A DNA stretch of 64,000 bases from Candidatus Eiseniibacteriota bacterium (GCA_005893265.1 VBOX01000087.1:128-64127), one strand, 5' to 3'. Positions 1 through 9,468 are shown, counted from the stretch's first letter. The notes: a model not told the origin generated them from the sequence alone. Made by a program: numbers and translations.

Positions 1-163
1 ACCGAGGAGTGGGGAGCGAAGGTGTCGTAGTCTTCGAAGCCTAGCTCACTGGAAGTAACACGCGCCCCCGGTAGGCCAACAAGCCGCTGAGGGCCTTTTC
101 ATTTCCGTCATTTCGTCGCTTCAGTACGGCGAGACAGCGCGGTGCTCTGTGGTACTATCCTCC

Positions 164-203
164 GCCGCGCCCGGTCGGGGTTCGATTCCCTCCAGGCGCA
201 CCA
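164..203 (+). ncRNA. tRNA-like minihelix: GCGCC/GGCGC acceptor-like stem, T-arm (GGGG-TTCGATT-CCCT) and 3' ACCA. No D or anticodon arm is recognisable upstream
   Basis: GGTTCGATTCC T-loop consensus and CCA end read directly. No complete cloverleaf could be built from upstream sequence. A tmRNA 3' domain was considered, but the acceptor 3' strand CAGGCGC does not fit the usual tmRNA GGGG 5' end. Confidence 0.3.
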
Positions 204-220
204 ACCTACCTGTCATGTGC

Positions 221-296
221 GGTGGATGTAGCTCAATGGTAGAGCACTGGACTGTGGCTCCAGTGGTTGCGGGTTCGATCCCCGTCATCCACCCCA
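221..296 (+). tRNA. tRNA-His (anticodon GTG) with encoded G-1 and 3' CCA
   Basis: Manual cloverleaf: acceptor GTGGATG/CATCCAC, D-arm GCTC..GAGC, anticodon loop CTGTGGC (GTG), T-arm GCGGG-TTCGATC-CCCGT, discriminator C, CCA. The extra 5' G is typical of tRNA-His. Confidence 0.85.
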
Positions 297-330
297 ACCC
301 ATCGACGCTCGGCTAGCCGGTCGGCGTGAC

Positions 331-918
331 TTACTCCCTGAGCGCGCGCCTCAGACTCGCGGCTGCTCGAGCGCGGTGGCTGAGCGCGTTTTTCTCGGCG
401 GCGGGTAGCTCCGCGAGGGTCATGAGGTGCCCCTCGGGAATGAAGACGGGGTCGTAGCCAAATCCACCTGCACCGCGGGGGGCGTCCAGGATCCGGCCTT
501 CGCATACGCCCTCGGCGGAAATCTCATCCCCGTGTCCGCGGACGAGCGCGAGCACGCAGCGGAATCGCGCGGCTCTCCGCTCCCGCGGGACACCGGCAAG
601 CTCGCCGAGAAGGCGCTCGATGTTCGCGCGGTCGCTCGCATCCTCGCCGGCGTAGCGCGCGGAATGCAACCCCGGTGCCCCGGCGAGGACGTCCACCTCG
701 AGACCTGAGTCGTCCCCGATCGAGGGAACGCCGAGCGCGCGATAGACCGCCCGTGCCTTGGAGAGGGCGTTCTCTAGGTAATTGGATCCGGTCTCGGGCG
801 GAAGGCTGATGCCCGGGTACGCGCGAAGGGATTCGACGCGCGCGGCGATTCCGTGCAGCAGAACGGTCAGCTCGCGGGCTTTTCCTTCATTCCCGGTCGC
901 GAGAACGATCAGGTCCAA
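331..918 (-). CDS. rdgB: dITP/XTP pyrophosphatase (RdgB/Ham1 family)
   Basis: Motifs [23 protein letters not shown]. Lies downstream of rph as in many bacteria. Confidence 0.9.
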   Translation of the reverse strand: MDLIVLATGNEGKARELTVLLHGIAARVESLRAYPGISLPPETGSNYLENALSKARAVYRALGVPSIGDDSGLEVDVLAGAPGLHSARYAGEDASDRANIERLLGELAGVPRERRAARFRCVLALVRGHGDEISAEGVCEGRILDAPRGAGGFGYDPVFIPEGHLMTLAELPAAEKNALSHRARAAASLRRALRE

Positions 919-1664
919 GTCTTGGGAAGCTGCCTCAGACCGAGCACGCGCTTTTGCGAGAGGATGAGCTTTCCCACCCCCGCCTTTCCGAGCGTCATCA
1001 TCGTGGCCATCTCGCGCTCGCTGAAAGCCTCCCCCTCCGCGGTGCCCTGGATCTCTACGATCCGGCCGGACCCGGTCATCACGAGGTTCATATCGACCTG
1101 GGCTTGGGAGTCCTCCGCATAGCAGAGATCGAGGCAGGGCCGGCCGTCCACGATGCCGACCGAGACAGCGGCGACGAAATCTCGGAGCGGCTCTGCCGCG
1201 AGGGTGGTGCGTTTCGCGAGCCAGCGGATCGCGTCCACCAGCGCCACGTAGGCACCCGTGATCGACGCCGTGCGGGTGCCGCCGTCCGCTTCGATCACAT
1301 CGCAGTCGATCAGGATCTGCCGCTCGCCGATCGCGCTCAGGTTCGTGACCGCGCGGAGCGATCGCCCGATCAGCCGCTGAATCTCGTGGGTGCGCCCGCC
1401 GGGGTGCCCGCGATTCACCTCACGCTGGATGCGCTCCGCCGAGGAGCGCGGGAGCATGCTGTACTCCGCGGTGACCCACCCGCGTCCGCTGTTGCGAAGG
1501 AAAGGGGGCACGCGCTCCTCGACGGTCGCCGCGCAGAGCACGCGCGTCCCGCCCATTTCGATGAGCGCCGAGCCCTCGGCATTTTTCAGATAGCCGCGCT
1601 TGATCGTGACCGGACGAAGCTCCGCCAACCGTCGGCCGTCCACTCGTTGGCTTGATTTGGTCAT
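909..1664 (-). CDS. rph: ribonuclease PH
   Basis: Near full-length match to RNase PH ([29 protein letters not shown]). Start placed at the [11 protein letters not shown] methionine. Overlaps rdgB by 10 nt. Confidence 0.9.
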   Translation of the reverse strand: MTKSSQRVDGRRLAELRPVTIKRGYLKNAEGSALIEMGGTRVLCAATVEERVPPFLRNSGRGWVTAEYSMLPRSSAERIQREVNRGHPGGRTHEIQRLIGRSLRAVTNLSAIGERQILIDCDVIEADGGTRTASITGAYVALVDAIRWLAKRTTLAAEPLRDFVAAVSVGIVDGRPCLDLCYAEDSQAQVDMNLVMTGSGRIVEIQGTAEGEAFSEREMATMMTLGKAGVGKLILSQKRVLGLRQLPKTWT

Positions 1665-2548
1665 GGAGATCCCTGGATCGGAGGGCGCTGAAACCACGGG
1701 AGATCATCTTGTGGAACGAGCCAGACGCGGCCCAGCCGCGATCCGAGGAACCGGCGTCCGATCGCCTCGAATTGCCGCGGGATGTCGGACACGTAGCACG
1801 TGAGCGATCCGCGGCCGCGCGGTGCCGGGTTCGAGTTCCGCTTGAGCGATCGCGCGAGGCGCCGTGCCGTCGCCTCGCCGGAGTCGATGAGCGTGACGCG
1901 CCGCCCGAGGACCGAGCGTATCGCGGGCTTGAATGGTGGATAGTGCGTGCAGCCGAGGATCAGGGTGTCGATGCGCTTCGCGCGCAACGGCGCCAGGTAG
2001 TCGCGGAGGACTTCCCGCGCGGCCCTGCTCCCTGCCAGCCCTTCCTCGGCAAGCGGCACCAGAAGCGGACAAGGCCGCGTGTGAACGCGAGCCTTCTTGC
2101 CCGCTCGATGGGCCGCGACGGCGATCGCGTGCTCGTACGCGCCGCTCGCGATCGTGGCGCGCGTGCCGATGACGCCGATCCGCCCGCTCCGCGTAGCTTC
2201 GACCGCGGCCTCTGCCCCGGGTTGGATCACGCCGGCCACGGGAAGCTCCTGAAACTCGCGCGTGAGATGACGGAGCGCGACCGCGGACACGGTGTTGCAG
2301 GCCACGACCAGATGGCTCACACCGAACTGGGTGAGAAAGCGGGCGGCTTCCCCCGCGAAGCGGCGCACGGTCGCATCGGACTTGGTTCCGTAGGGCACGC
2401 GCGCCGTGTCGCCAAAGTAGACGATGTCCCAGGCCGGCAGAAGCCGTCGGAGGTGGCGCACCACGGTGAGGCCGCCGATGCCCGAATCGAAAACGCCGAG
2501 CATGTGCTCGCGACGGCCGGCGGGACCGCTCCCGCCCCCGCCCTTCAT
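1661..2548 (-). CDS. murI: glutamate racemase
   Basis: [35 protein letters not shown]. Start at MKGGGG with a GAGGG RBS. ATGA overlap with the upstream GerM stop. Confidence 0.9.
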   Translation of the reverse strand: MKGGGGSGPAGRREHMLGVFDSGIGGLTVVRHLRRLLPAWDIVYFGDTARVPYGTKSDATVRRFAGEAARFLTQFGVSHLVVACNTVSAVALRHLTREFQELPVAGVIQPGAEAAVEATRSGRIGVIGTRATIASGAYEHAIAVAAHRAGKKARVHTRPCPLLVPLAEEGLAGSRAAREVLRDYLAPLRAKRIDTLILGCTHYPPFKPAIRSVLGRRVTLIDSGEATARRLARSLKRNSNPAPRGRGSLTCYVSDIPRQFEAIGRRFLGSRLGRVWLVPQDDLPWFQRPPIQGSP

Positions 2549-3102
2549 CGCCAATCCCTCACCAGAAGGGGCGAGAGCACGTCGAAATGCCCGCCGATCG
2601 TTTCGGCAGGCTCTCCCTCGACGAGAATCATCACTCGCTCGACGCCCGGGAGGTTCTCCCCCGCCGTGCGTACGATCGAGGCGATGAGAGCGTGCTCCCG
2701 CGCGCTCCCGCCGTGGAACCCTTGGGTGAGCGGACGGCTCCAATCGAGATAGAGCGTCCCGCGATCGGTCCAGTAGGTCTCCAGAAGCTCCGTTCCGTCC
2801 GGAAAAAGCGCGGTGTGTCCCTTCGAAGGCCCGGCAAGCAGCTCGCGGTAGATCGCGCGGACCTGATCCGCGGGCCGGTCCTTCACGACCACGTCGCGGT
2901 ATTCCGAAACGACGCTGTCCGCGCCGGGAACGCCGAAGTAGAGGTAGGCGCCGCGAATTCCCTCGAGCTCTGAAGCAAGCGGAACCAGGCGCTGTGGTTG
3001 GTTCCCTCCCTGAATCCTCACGCGGGCGATCCAGAAAAACCCTCCGAGGATCGCCACGCTACCCAGGACGCCGATGAGCCAACGCCGGTTCAGCCGATTC
3101 AC
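2545..3102 (-). CDS. GerMN-domain lipoprotein (spore-germination GerM-like)
   Basis: The GerMN-like C-terminal region lies downstream of the amidase, the usual genomic context. The GTG start overlaps the amidase TGA stop (GTGA). An N-terminal hydrophobic anchor is present. Confidence 0.6.
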   Translation of the reverse strand: MNRLNRRWLIGVLGSVAILGGFFWIARVRIQGGNQPQRLVPLASELEGIRGAYLYFGVPGADSVVSEYRDVVVKDRPADQVRAIYRELLAGPSKGHTALFPDGTELLETYWTDRGTLYLDWSRPLTQGFHGGSAREHALIASIVRTAGENLPGVERVMILVEGEPAETIGGHFDVLSPLLVRDWR

Positions 3103-4565
3103 GCCGGCCCCCGCGCCAAGTCCTGGACGGTCTGCGCCACGATCCGCGCGATCTCTCGAACCGAGTATCCCTGGAGACTCATGGCCTCCGGGCCGCCTCG
3201 GGGCGCGGGCGCGCATTCGATGAGAACCGCCGGCGATGCAATCGACTCGAGGACGCTCAGCCTCCCCGTTCGGAAGGCGACACTCGTCTGCGGAAAGTTG
3301 CGGGCGAGTGCGTCCGCGATCGCCTGACCGACCGCCATGCTCGTCCCCGTGGCCTGATTCTGCGCGGAGTCCCACGGATGCATCTCCGCCCCTCCGTCAC
3401 TTCCCAGCGTGACCGGCAGCCGGTCCGCCGCTCCGGGCGCGGGCGTGGGTGAGAGCGCGTAGACACGGAACCCACCCGCGCGAATCAGCCCTTCACCGTC
3501 GAAGTGGATGCTCAAGAAGAGCTCGCCCCCCGATTCGTTCGCGATCTCCGCGCGTCGAGAGAGCCGCACGTCGGTATCTCCCTCGCGCGTGAGCACGACG
3601 CGCACTCCGAGGCGATCTTGAAGCTCCGTGCGGAGCGCGCGTGCGAGGTCCAGTGCGGCCTCCTTCTCGGAGCCTCCCCTCGGGAGCGGCGCGCCCGGGT
3701 CGCTCCCACCATGGCCGGGATCGATCACGACGGTGCGTATCCGATGGTCCGGGCCGCCGAGCGCGAGCGGCTCCAGCTTGGAGAAGATTCCCGATTGAAC
3801 GAGGTCGTGATCATCGGTGACCGCGAGCTTCAAGCGGCTCGAGCTGACCGAGACAGAGTAGCCCTGCGCGCCCGGGGCGAGGACGAGCCGAATCTCGACG
3901 CCGTCGGACGTTTCCTGGATCGTGCCGCTCAAGACCGCGCCTCCCGAGAAGATGCGCGTCGAATCGAGCGTCCCCCCCTCGAAGAGAAGCCGGAGCTCAC
4001 TGGGGGTCGCGTAGATCAGGCGCGGCGAGAGCGTCTTGAGGAGGGTCGCGGAGACCTCGGTGACGCGCCCGCGGACCCAGAGCTGCGCCTGCCGCACGGT
4101 GTGCACCTGCGATCGGAATCGGATCGTGCGCGAGGGCACGTCCCAGGCCGCGTTCGTGACGAGTCCCCAGTCCATGAGGCCCCCGAGCACCGACTCCGGA
4201 ACGTACACCGCGCCCTGAACGAGACGCGGAGGCAGCACCAGATTCTTCGCCTCCTCGTCGACGAGCACGATCGGAGCATCGACCGTGAAGCGGATCGTGT
4301 GGTCCCCGAGGCGGAGGGATAACTTACGAACATCGGGGCGCCAATACTTTGTCGCGCGGAACACGCGCGCGAGATCGTTCGTCGAGATGTAGCGGGTCCC
4401 CGAGAGCGTGATGGGCGCGATCCGCTCCGGCGATTGCGGATCGGGGTAGATCACGTCGATCGAGGACCCAGCCTGGATTGCGAGCGCGGCGGGGATCGCG
4501 AGCCCGAGGAGGGAGGCCGTGAAGACGGCGACGAGGGCGCGGGTGGCGCCAGAGGCGCGGGTCAC
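3099..4565 (-). CDS. N-acetylmuramoyl-L-alanine amidase (Amidase_3, AmiC-like) with signal peptide
   Basis: VVIDPGHGG, RVVLTREGD, LFLSIHFDG in the C-terminal catalytic domain. Signal peptide at the N-terminus. Confidence 0.85.
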   Translation of the reverse strand: MTRASGATRALVAVFTASLLGLAIPAALAIQAGSSIDVIYPDPQSPERIAPITLSGTRYISTNDLARVFRATKYWRPDVRKLSLRLGDHTIRFTVDAPIVLVDEEAKNLVLPPRLVQGAVYVPESVLGGLMDWGLVTNAAWDVPSRTIRFRSQVHTVRQAQLWVRGRVTEVSATLLKTLSPRLIYATPSELRLLFEGGTLDSTRIFSGGAVLSGTIQETSDGVEIRLVLAPGAQGYSVSVSSSRLKLAVTDDHDLVQSGIFSKLEPLALGGPDHRIRTVVIDPGHGGSDPGAPLPRGGSEKEAALDLARALRTELQDRLGVRVVLTREGDTDVRLSRRAEIANESGGELFLSIHFDGEGLIRAGGFRVYALSPTPAPGAADRLPVTLGSDGGAEMHPWDSAQNQATGTSMAVGQAIADALARNFPQTSVAFRTGRLSVLESIASPAVLIECAPAPRGGPEAMSLQGYSVREIARIVAQTVQDLARGPA

Positions 4566-4599
4566 TCGGGACGCTCCGTGTCGGCACGGGCGATTCGGG

Positions 4600-5097
4600 T
4601 CACTCGGGGCGCTCCCCCCTCATGATGCCGCGGATTTCCTTGCGGCTTCGGCGCTCGTCCAGCTTCGCGCGCTTGTCGTAGGTCCTCCGCCCCTTCACGA
4701 TCGCCAGCTCGACCTTCACCCTGCCTCGGCGGAAGTAGAGCGAGAGCGGGACCATCGTGAGCCCCGATTCATCGAGCCGCGTTTGGAGCCGGCGGATCTC
4801 GGCGCGGTGCATGAGGAGCCGCCGCGTCCGCGTCGGCTCGTGGTTCGAGTAGCTGGCGGGATCGTAGATCGGGATGTGAGCGTTCCTGAGATAGAGCTGC
4901 CCACCCTCGACCATCGCGTAAGAGTCGACCAGCTGCGCCTTGGCGTCCCGAAGCGACTTGACCTCGGTGCCGCGAAGCTCGATCCCAGCCTCGAACGTCT
5001 CGATGATCGTGTAGTCGTGGCGTGCCTTGCGGTTGGTGGTGATGATCTGGCGCTCGTCATCGTCCTTGTGCGGCTTGGGTGCGCTGGGCCGCGCCAT
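4600..5097 (-). CDS. smpB: SsrA-binding protein SmpB
   Basis: ITTNRKARHDY and LYLRNAHIPIY motifs; ~160-aa length typical of SmpB. Confidence 0.9.
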   Translation of the reverse strand: MARPSAPKPHKDDDERQIITTNRKARHDYTIIETFEAGIELRGTEVKSLRDAKAQLVDSYAMVEGGQLYLRNAHIPIYDPASYSNHEPTRTRRLLMHRAEIRRLQTRLDESGLTMVPLSLYFRRGRVKVELAIVKGRRTYDKRAKLDERRSRKEIRGIMRGERPE

Positions 5098-5249
5098 GAG
5101 TCCTCCGTGGATGCGTCTGGGCGTTGTATCACGCGCGGTTGGCTAAATCAAGGCAGGCCAATTCGAAGCGCCGCTCCCGAATGGCGCATCCGGTTGATCG
5201 GTCGGGCATCCTAGTGTAGTTTAGTCGGCCCAGCCAGAACACTTTCGGT

Positions 5250-5336
5250 GCGGAAGTGGCGGAATTGGCAGACGCGCTGGGTTCAGGGTCCAGTGGGAGC
5301 AATCTCGTGGGGGTTCAAGTCCCCCCTTCCGCACCA
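5250..5336 (+). tRNA. tRNA-Leu (anticodon CAG), type II with long variable arm, CCA encoded
   Basis: Acceptor GCGGAAG/CTTCCGC, D-arm with GG, anticodon loop TTCAGGG, long variable arm, T-arm GGGGG-TTCAAGT-CCCCC, ACCA. Confidence 0.85.
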
Positions 5337-5362
5337 CGTTTTCGTAACTCTGCGCTTGCCCA

Positions 5363-5391
5363 TTGACTTCCGCGTGCACACGTCTTAATAT
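5363..5391 (+). promoter_or_regulatory. sigma70-like promoter: TTGACT, 17-bp spacer, TAATAT
   Basis: Near-consensus -35 and -10 hexamers read directly. Lies ~50 nt upstream of the SRPBCC-ArsR operon. Confidence 0.5.
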
Positions 5392-5407
5392 GCAACCATT
5401 GGGTTGC
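5392..5407. promoter_or_regulatory. perfect inverted repeat GCAACC-att-GGTTGC just downstream of the -10; candidate ArsR operator
   Basis: Palindrome seen in sequence. ArsR/SmtB repressors typically autoregulate through an inverted repeat overlapping their promoter. Confidence 0.4.
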
Positions 5408-5439
5408 GTATGGTGCGTGACCCAACTGGGAGAACGACG

Positions 5440-5904
5440 ATGAGCACGACAACCACGGATCGCATCACGAAGGAGATCTTGCTTAAAGCGCCACGGAGCC
5501 GCGTGTGGCGCGCGCTCACCGATTCGAAGGAATTCGGCACCTGGTTTCAGTCGGTTTTTACGGAGCCGTTTCGGCCGGGCGCCCGGCTCCAGGGGCGGAT
5601 CACCTATCCCGGCTACGAGCACCTGAAATTCGACCTCGTCATCGAGAAAATGGAGCCGGAGCGGCTCTTCTCCTTCCGGTGGCACCCCAACGCCGTGGAT
5701 CCGAGCCTGGATTACTCGAAGGAGCCCACGACGCTCGTGGAGTTCACGCTCGAAGAGATAGAAGGGGGCACCCTCCTCAAACTCGTGGAGTCGGGCTTCG
5801 ACGCGATCCCGCTAGCCCGCCGAGCTGACGCGTTGAAGGCGAACGAGGGTGGCTGGGCCGAGCAAATGGTCGCCATTGAGGCCTACCTGCGCCGGAACCC
5901 GTGA
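5440..5904 (+). CDS. SRPBCC-fold protein (AHSA1/activator-of-Hsp90-ATPase-like, polyketide cyclase/dehydrase superfamily)
   Basis: Length, composition and pairing with an ArsR regulator. Start placed at MSTTTTDRI with a GGAGAA RBS. Confidence 0.6.
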   Translation: MSTTTTDRITKEILLKAPRSRVWRALTDSKEFGTWFQSVFTEPFRPGARLQGRITYPGYEHLKFDLVIEKMEPERLFSFRWHPNAVDPSLDYSKEPTTLVEFTLEEIEGGTLLKLVESGFDAIPLARRADALKANEGGWAEQMVAIEAYLRRNP

Positions 5905-6248
5905 CGCCAGATCGTGACCCCGCGCGGCTCGAGAGCTCAGCTCCGATCTTCGCGGCGTTGGGGGACGCGACGCGTCTCAAACTGGTGGCCCGCCTCTGCC
6001 AGAGCGGGCCCCAGTCCATCGCGCGATTGACCCGGGGCACCCCGCTCACCCGCCAGGGAATCACGAAACATCTGCGCGTCCTCGCCGACGCCGGCTTGGT
6101 GCGCGGAAGGCGGCTGGGCCGCGAGAGTCGGTGGGAGTTGGAGCCCCAACAGCTGATCGTGGCTCACCGGTACCTCGATCTGATCTCGAAACGCTGGGAC
6201 GCCGCTCTACGCCGGCTGCAAGAGCTCGTCGAAGAGGGGTCCGCCTAA
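5901..6248 (+). CDS. ArsR/SmtB-family transcriptional regulator
   Basis: Winged HTH region FAALGDATRLKLVARLCQSGPQSIARLTR...TRQGITKHLRVLADAGLV. GTG start overlaps the upstream stop. Confidence 0.8.
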   Translation: MTPDRDPARLESSAPIFAALGDATRLKLVARLCQSGPQSIARLTRGTPLTRQGITKHLRVLADAGLVRGRRLGRESRWELEPQQLIVAHRYLDLISKRWDAALRRLQELVEEGSA

Positions 6249-6474
6249 CTCCATCTCCAACTTTTCGCGTCGCCGCCTGTACGTTATGTCAGAGAGGAGG
6301 CCAACGCCGGCGAAGTCGGGCACGACTTCTTCGCCCATCGAGGGGGTCGTCGCCACTGGCGCCAATGTCTGGGTGGTGTACCCGTCCCAAGCGAGGAGGA
6401 GCTCACCAATCGCGAAGATTCGCGTGAGAAGCTCCGTCCCGGATCGGTGTCGCCTGTCTGGATGTTGACCAAGG

Positions 6475-7077
6475 TCATGACTGATGACCCGGAGTGTTGG
6501 CCTCCGTTGCCGCTTCATTCGCTTCAAATGTGCTCTTCAAGAAGGCGGCAATCGCCCTCTCCTCGCCACGGCCGAGCCACCGCCCGAACATAACAAGCGC
6601 GACGCCAAAAGCCATCATGCAGAGCGGGACAAGAAGGAGAGGAACTCTGTCTTCTTGAACGCCCGGCCGCCCCATCGCGAGTTGGATCAGCGCGACCACC
6701 AAGTAGAATACAAGGAAGGAAAACCAGATGACTATGAATGCTCTCACGAATGGATGCATCCTGAACTCGCCCTCGATGACAGTACCGCGGTAGGCGCTGA
6801 CAAACCGCCCATAGAAAAACGGCGCGAACTCGTTGCGGTAATAACGCCGCTTCTGAAGCCGGAAGCCTGTCTCGCTAAACTTTCCAAGGATCGGCTTGGA
6901 GCCGGCATGACCGCTCCACGAAAACGCGAGCCTCTCCACATCGACGCCAGCGGCCAGCCGAGCCCTACACTCTTCGATTGGAATCTCGGTGCGAAGAGTC
7001 ACCGCGGGTCCAGCGGCACCCAACCAGCGCACGATTAGAGGGCGCCTCGCGCCGGTTTTCTCATCGCTTGATGCCAC
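6475..7077 (-). CDS. hypothetical integral membrane protein
   Basis: 200-aa ORF with two strong C-terminal TM segments. Lies in a lower-GC block. Confidence 0.45.
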   Translation of the reverse strand: MASSDEKTGARRPLIVRWLGAAGPAVTLRTEIPIEECRARLAAGVDVERLAFSWSGHAGSKPILGKFSETGFRLQKRRYYRNEFAPFFYGRFVSAYRGTVIEGEFRMHPFVRAFIVIWFSFLVFYLVVALIQLAMGRPGVQEDRVPLLLVPLCMMAFGVALVMFGRWLGRGEERAIAAFLKSTFEANEAATEANTPGHQS

Positions 7078-8509
7078 GAATGCGTGCCGCCTGCTTCATG
7101 AGCACTTCGGCCTCTGCAGCGCGATTCGTCGCTCGGTAGAGCGTTGCCATGTTCTCTAGGCTTGTGGCCACATCGGGATGGTCGGGGCCAAGGGCCTTCT
7201 CCATGATCGCCAGAGAGCGCACATAGAGCGGCTCGGCCTGCGCGTACTGTCCTTGGTCTCTGTAAAGCTCCGCGAGGTTGTTCAGGCTCGTGGCTACATC
7301 GGGATGGTCGGGACCAAGCGATTTCTCCTTGATCGCCAGCGAACGCTTGTAGAGCGACTCGGCCTGCGCGTACTGGCCCTGGCTGTGGTATAGCCCCCCC
7401 AGATTGTTCAGGCTCATCGCCACATCGGGATGGTCGGGACCAAGCGATTTCTCGCGGATCGCCAGCGACCTCTTGTAGAGCGGCTCAGCCCGCGCGTACA
7501 GGCCCTGCATTCTATAAAGCTCTGCCAGGTTGTTCAGGCTCATCGCCACATCGGGATGGTCGGGACCGAGCGATTTCTCCCGGATCGCCAGTGAGCGCAC
7601 GTAGAGCGACTCTGCCTCCGTATACCGGGCTTGGTAACTATAAAGCGACGCCAGGTTGTTCAGGTTGGTGGCCACTTCGGGATGGTCGGGGCCGAAGGAT
7701 TTCTCTTGGATTGCCAATGCGCGCTTGTACAGCGGCTCGGCCTGCGGATACCGACCTTGGATTTGATAGAGCCCCGCGAGATTCATCAGGGTCGAGGCCA
7801 CATCGGGATGGTCGGGGCCGAGCGTCTTCTCGCGGATTGCCAGCGCGCGCTTGTAGAGCGGCTCGGCCTCTGCGTACCGGCCTTGGGCGTAGTAGAGCCC
7901 GCCCAAATTGTTCAGGCTCGCGGCCACACTGGGATTATCAGGACCAAGCGCTTTCTCGCGGATCGCGAGCGAGCGTTTGTGGAGCGGCTCGGCCTCCGCG
8001 TACCGGCCCTCTGCGTGGTAGAGACCCGCGAGGTTGTTCAGACTCGTGGCTACATCGAGATGGTCGGGGCCAAACGCTTTTTCCCGGATTGCGAGCGCGC
8101 GCTTGTAGAGCGACTCTGCCTGCGTGTACTGCCCTTGGCGGTTGTAAACCAACGCGAGGTTATTCAGGCTCACAGCCACATCGGGGTGGTCGGGGCCAAG
8201 CGCTTTCTCGCGAATCGCCAGCGCCCGTTTATAGAGCGGCTCGGCCTGCGCATACTGGCCCTGGATTCTGTAAAGCGACGCCAGCTCGCTCAGGCTCGCG
8301 GCGACCGTGGGGTGATCGGGACCAGAACTCTTCTCCGCGACGTCCAGCGCCTTCTTGGCGACGATCACCGCGCGGCCGTAGTCGCCGATGCGGTAGAGGG
8401 ACATGATCTCGCGATTGAGAGCCTCCAACTCAGTACCCGGCGCAGGAGCGGATGCTGCCAAACCGCACATGAACAGAAGGCTGAGGAGTACGCTGGCTGC
8501 CGCTTTCAT
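7061..8509 (-). CDS. TPR-repeat protein (about 10 near-identical 42-aa TPR_10/12-like repeats) with signal peptide
   Basis: Repeated unit ...LYRIQGQYAQAEPLYKRALAIREKALGPDHPDVA.SLNNLA.. and N-terminal signal MKAAASVLLSLLFMCGLAASA. Start at the second methionine. Confidence 0.75.
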   Translation of the reverse strand: MKAAASVLLSLLFMCGLAASAPAPGTELEALNREIMSLYRIGDYGRAVIVAKKALDVAEKSSGPDHPTVAASLSELASLYRIQGQYAQAEPLYKRALAIREKALGPDHPDVAVSLNNLALVYNRQGQYTQAESLYKRALAIREKAFGPDHLDVATSLNNLAGLYHAEGRYAEAEPLHKRSLAIREKALGPDNPSVAASLNNLGGLYYAQGRYAEAEPLYKRALAIREKTLGPDHPDVASTLMNLAGLYQIQGRYPQAEPLYKRALAIQEKSFGPDHPEVATNLNNLASLYSYQARYTEAESLYVRSLAIREKSLGPDHPDVAMSLNNLAELYRMQGLYARAEPLYKRSLAIREKSLGPDHPDVAMSLNNLGGLYHSQGQYAQAESLYKRSLAIKEKSLGPDHPDVATSLNNLAELYRDQGQYAQAEPLYVRSLAIMEKALGPDHPDVATSLENMATLYRATNRAAEAEVLMKQAARIRGIKR

Positions 8510-8563
8510 GGTTTCGTTCTCTGCCGTGGTCGCCGAGCCCACAATGTCAGGAATGATGGCTGT

Positions 8564-8836
8564 TCAGCCCCTTCGTTTCCCCGCTCCCGTGGCAGGTCCG
8601 CGAAAATGGAGCGGATCTCTGAGGTTCTGCCATTCCCGATAATAATAGAGGGCGGTTGGCCGCTTTTTCTTGAACCTCAGCTTCTTTAGGAACTCGATCT
8701 CGTCCTCGGCAGCATCGCCGCTGAGGGAACGGTCACGAAGAAATTCCTTGAGCCCCGCCTCTTCCTCGGGCGGTTGGTCCGGCTCTCTCTCAACAAACTC
8801 AAACCTATGAGGATTCCCTGGGGCCGTTGAAGACAT
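8564..8836 (-). CDS. hypothetical small protein (acidic N-terminus, basic C-terminus) overlapping the XRE regulator gene
   Basis: ORF only. Overlaps the 3' end of the XRE gene by 32 nt, suggesting co-translation. Confidence 0.35.
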   Translation of the reverse strand: MSSTAPGNPHRFEFVEREPDQPPEEEAGLKEFLRDRSLSGDAAEDEIEFLKKLRFKKKRPTALYYYREWQNLRDPLHFRGPATGAGKRRG

Positions 8837-9368
8837 CGGCGTCCAGGAACTCGAGGACGAGGACCCGCATCTGCTTATAGCTGCGCCCGCTGAGCCTGGC
8901 TATCAGGTGGAGCCAGTTCTCACTCTCTAGCTCCTCCTTGGCAACCCTCTTGACCACGTCCAAAAGCTTTTGCGTGACGAGGCGTTCGACTTCGCCGAAG
9001 GGCTCCTTCTCAAAGATTTCGCGTACCTGTTTTTCCTTCGCGGGCGAACACTTGCGAAGAATCAGCTCGCGGACTTCTCGCAACAGAGGCAACGGCGGAT
9101 CACCAAGGGTTCTCTTCAATTCATCCTTGCGCTGAAGGTCCGCCAGCCTCGAAAGCGAGCCGCCTGGTACCTTCAAGAATCTCTCCATCTTGGCATAGAT
9201 GTCTGTGCGGTCTGGCGCGGGGGGCATTTTCTTTCGAGTGAGCACCTGGGAAATATAGGATTCCGTGACTTCAGCGGCACCCGCCAAATCCTTCTGATCA
9301 AGCCCCAATTCGTCGAGCCGTTGTCGGATCGCTAGAGAAACGTCCACAGAATGCCTCCACTGGATCAA
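8805..9368 (-). CDS. XRE-family (Cro/C1-type HTH) transcriptional regulator with C-terminal domain of unknown function
   Basis: HTH_3 signature LGLDQKDLAGAAEVTESYISQVLTRKK. Confidence 0.75.
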   Translation of the reverse strand: MIQWRHSVDVSLAIRQRLDELGLDQKDLAGAAEVTESYISQVLTRKKMPPAPDRTDIYAKMERFLKVPGGSLSRLADLQRKDELKRTLGDPPLPLLREVRELILRKCSPAKEKQVREIFEKEPFGEVERLVTQKLLDVVKRVAKEELESENWLHLIARLSGRSYKQMRVLVLEFLDADVFNGPRESS

Positions 9369-9391
9369 GCTCAGGACTGAGTATCCTCCGC

Positions 9392-9413
9392 TTGATTAAC
9401 TCAAATTGATTAA
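9392..9413. promoter_or_regulatory. two direct copies of TTGATTAA, 14 bp apart, in an AT-rich divergent intergenic region; candidate XRE operator
   Basis: Repeats read directly, 24-45 bp upstream of the XRE start codon. Confidence 0.35.
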
Positions 9414-9439
9414 GTAGTCAAAATCATTCTTCGCACCAC

Positions 9440-9468
9440 TTGACAAAACAAGAGAATTCACCTACTGT
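9440..9468 (+). promoter_or_regulatory. putative sigma70 promoter: TTGACA, 17 bp spacer, TACTGT
   Basis: Consensus -35 and acceptable -10 (TAnnnT) upstream of the 9560 gene. Confidence 0.35.

Noticed and set aside
1-203. tmRNA (ssrA) 3' domain hypothesis for the T-arm/ACCA element, given smpB 4.4 kb away
   Set aside because: The acceptor 3' strand (CAGGCGC) would require a 5' end GCGCCUG rather than the near-universal GGGG start. A local GCGCC/GGCGC minihelix explains it better. No tag-peptide reading frame is recognisable in 1-130
1652-2752. 366-aa plus-strand ORF
   Set aside because: Antisense to glutamate racemase; Arg/Ala/Pro-rich low-complexity translation typical of a high-GC shadow ORF
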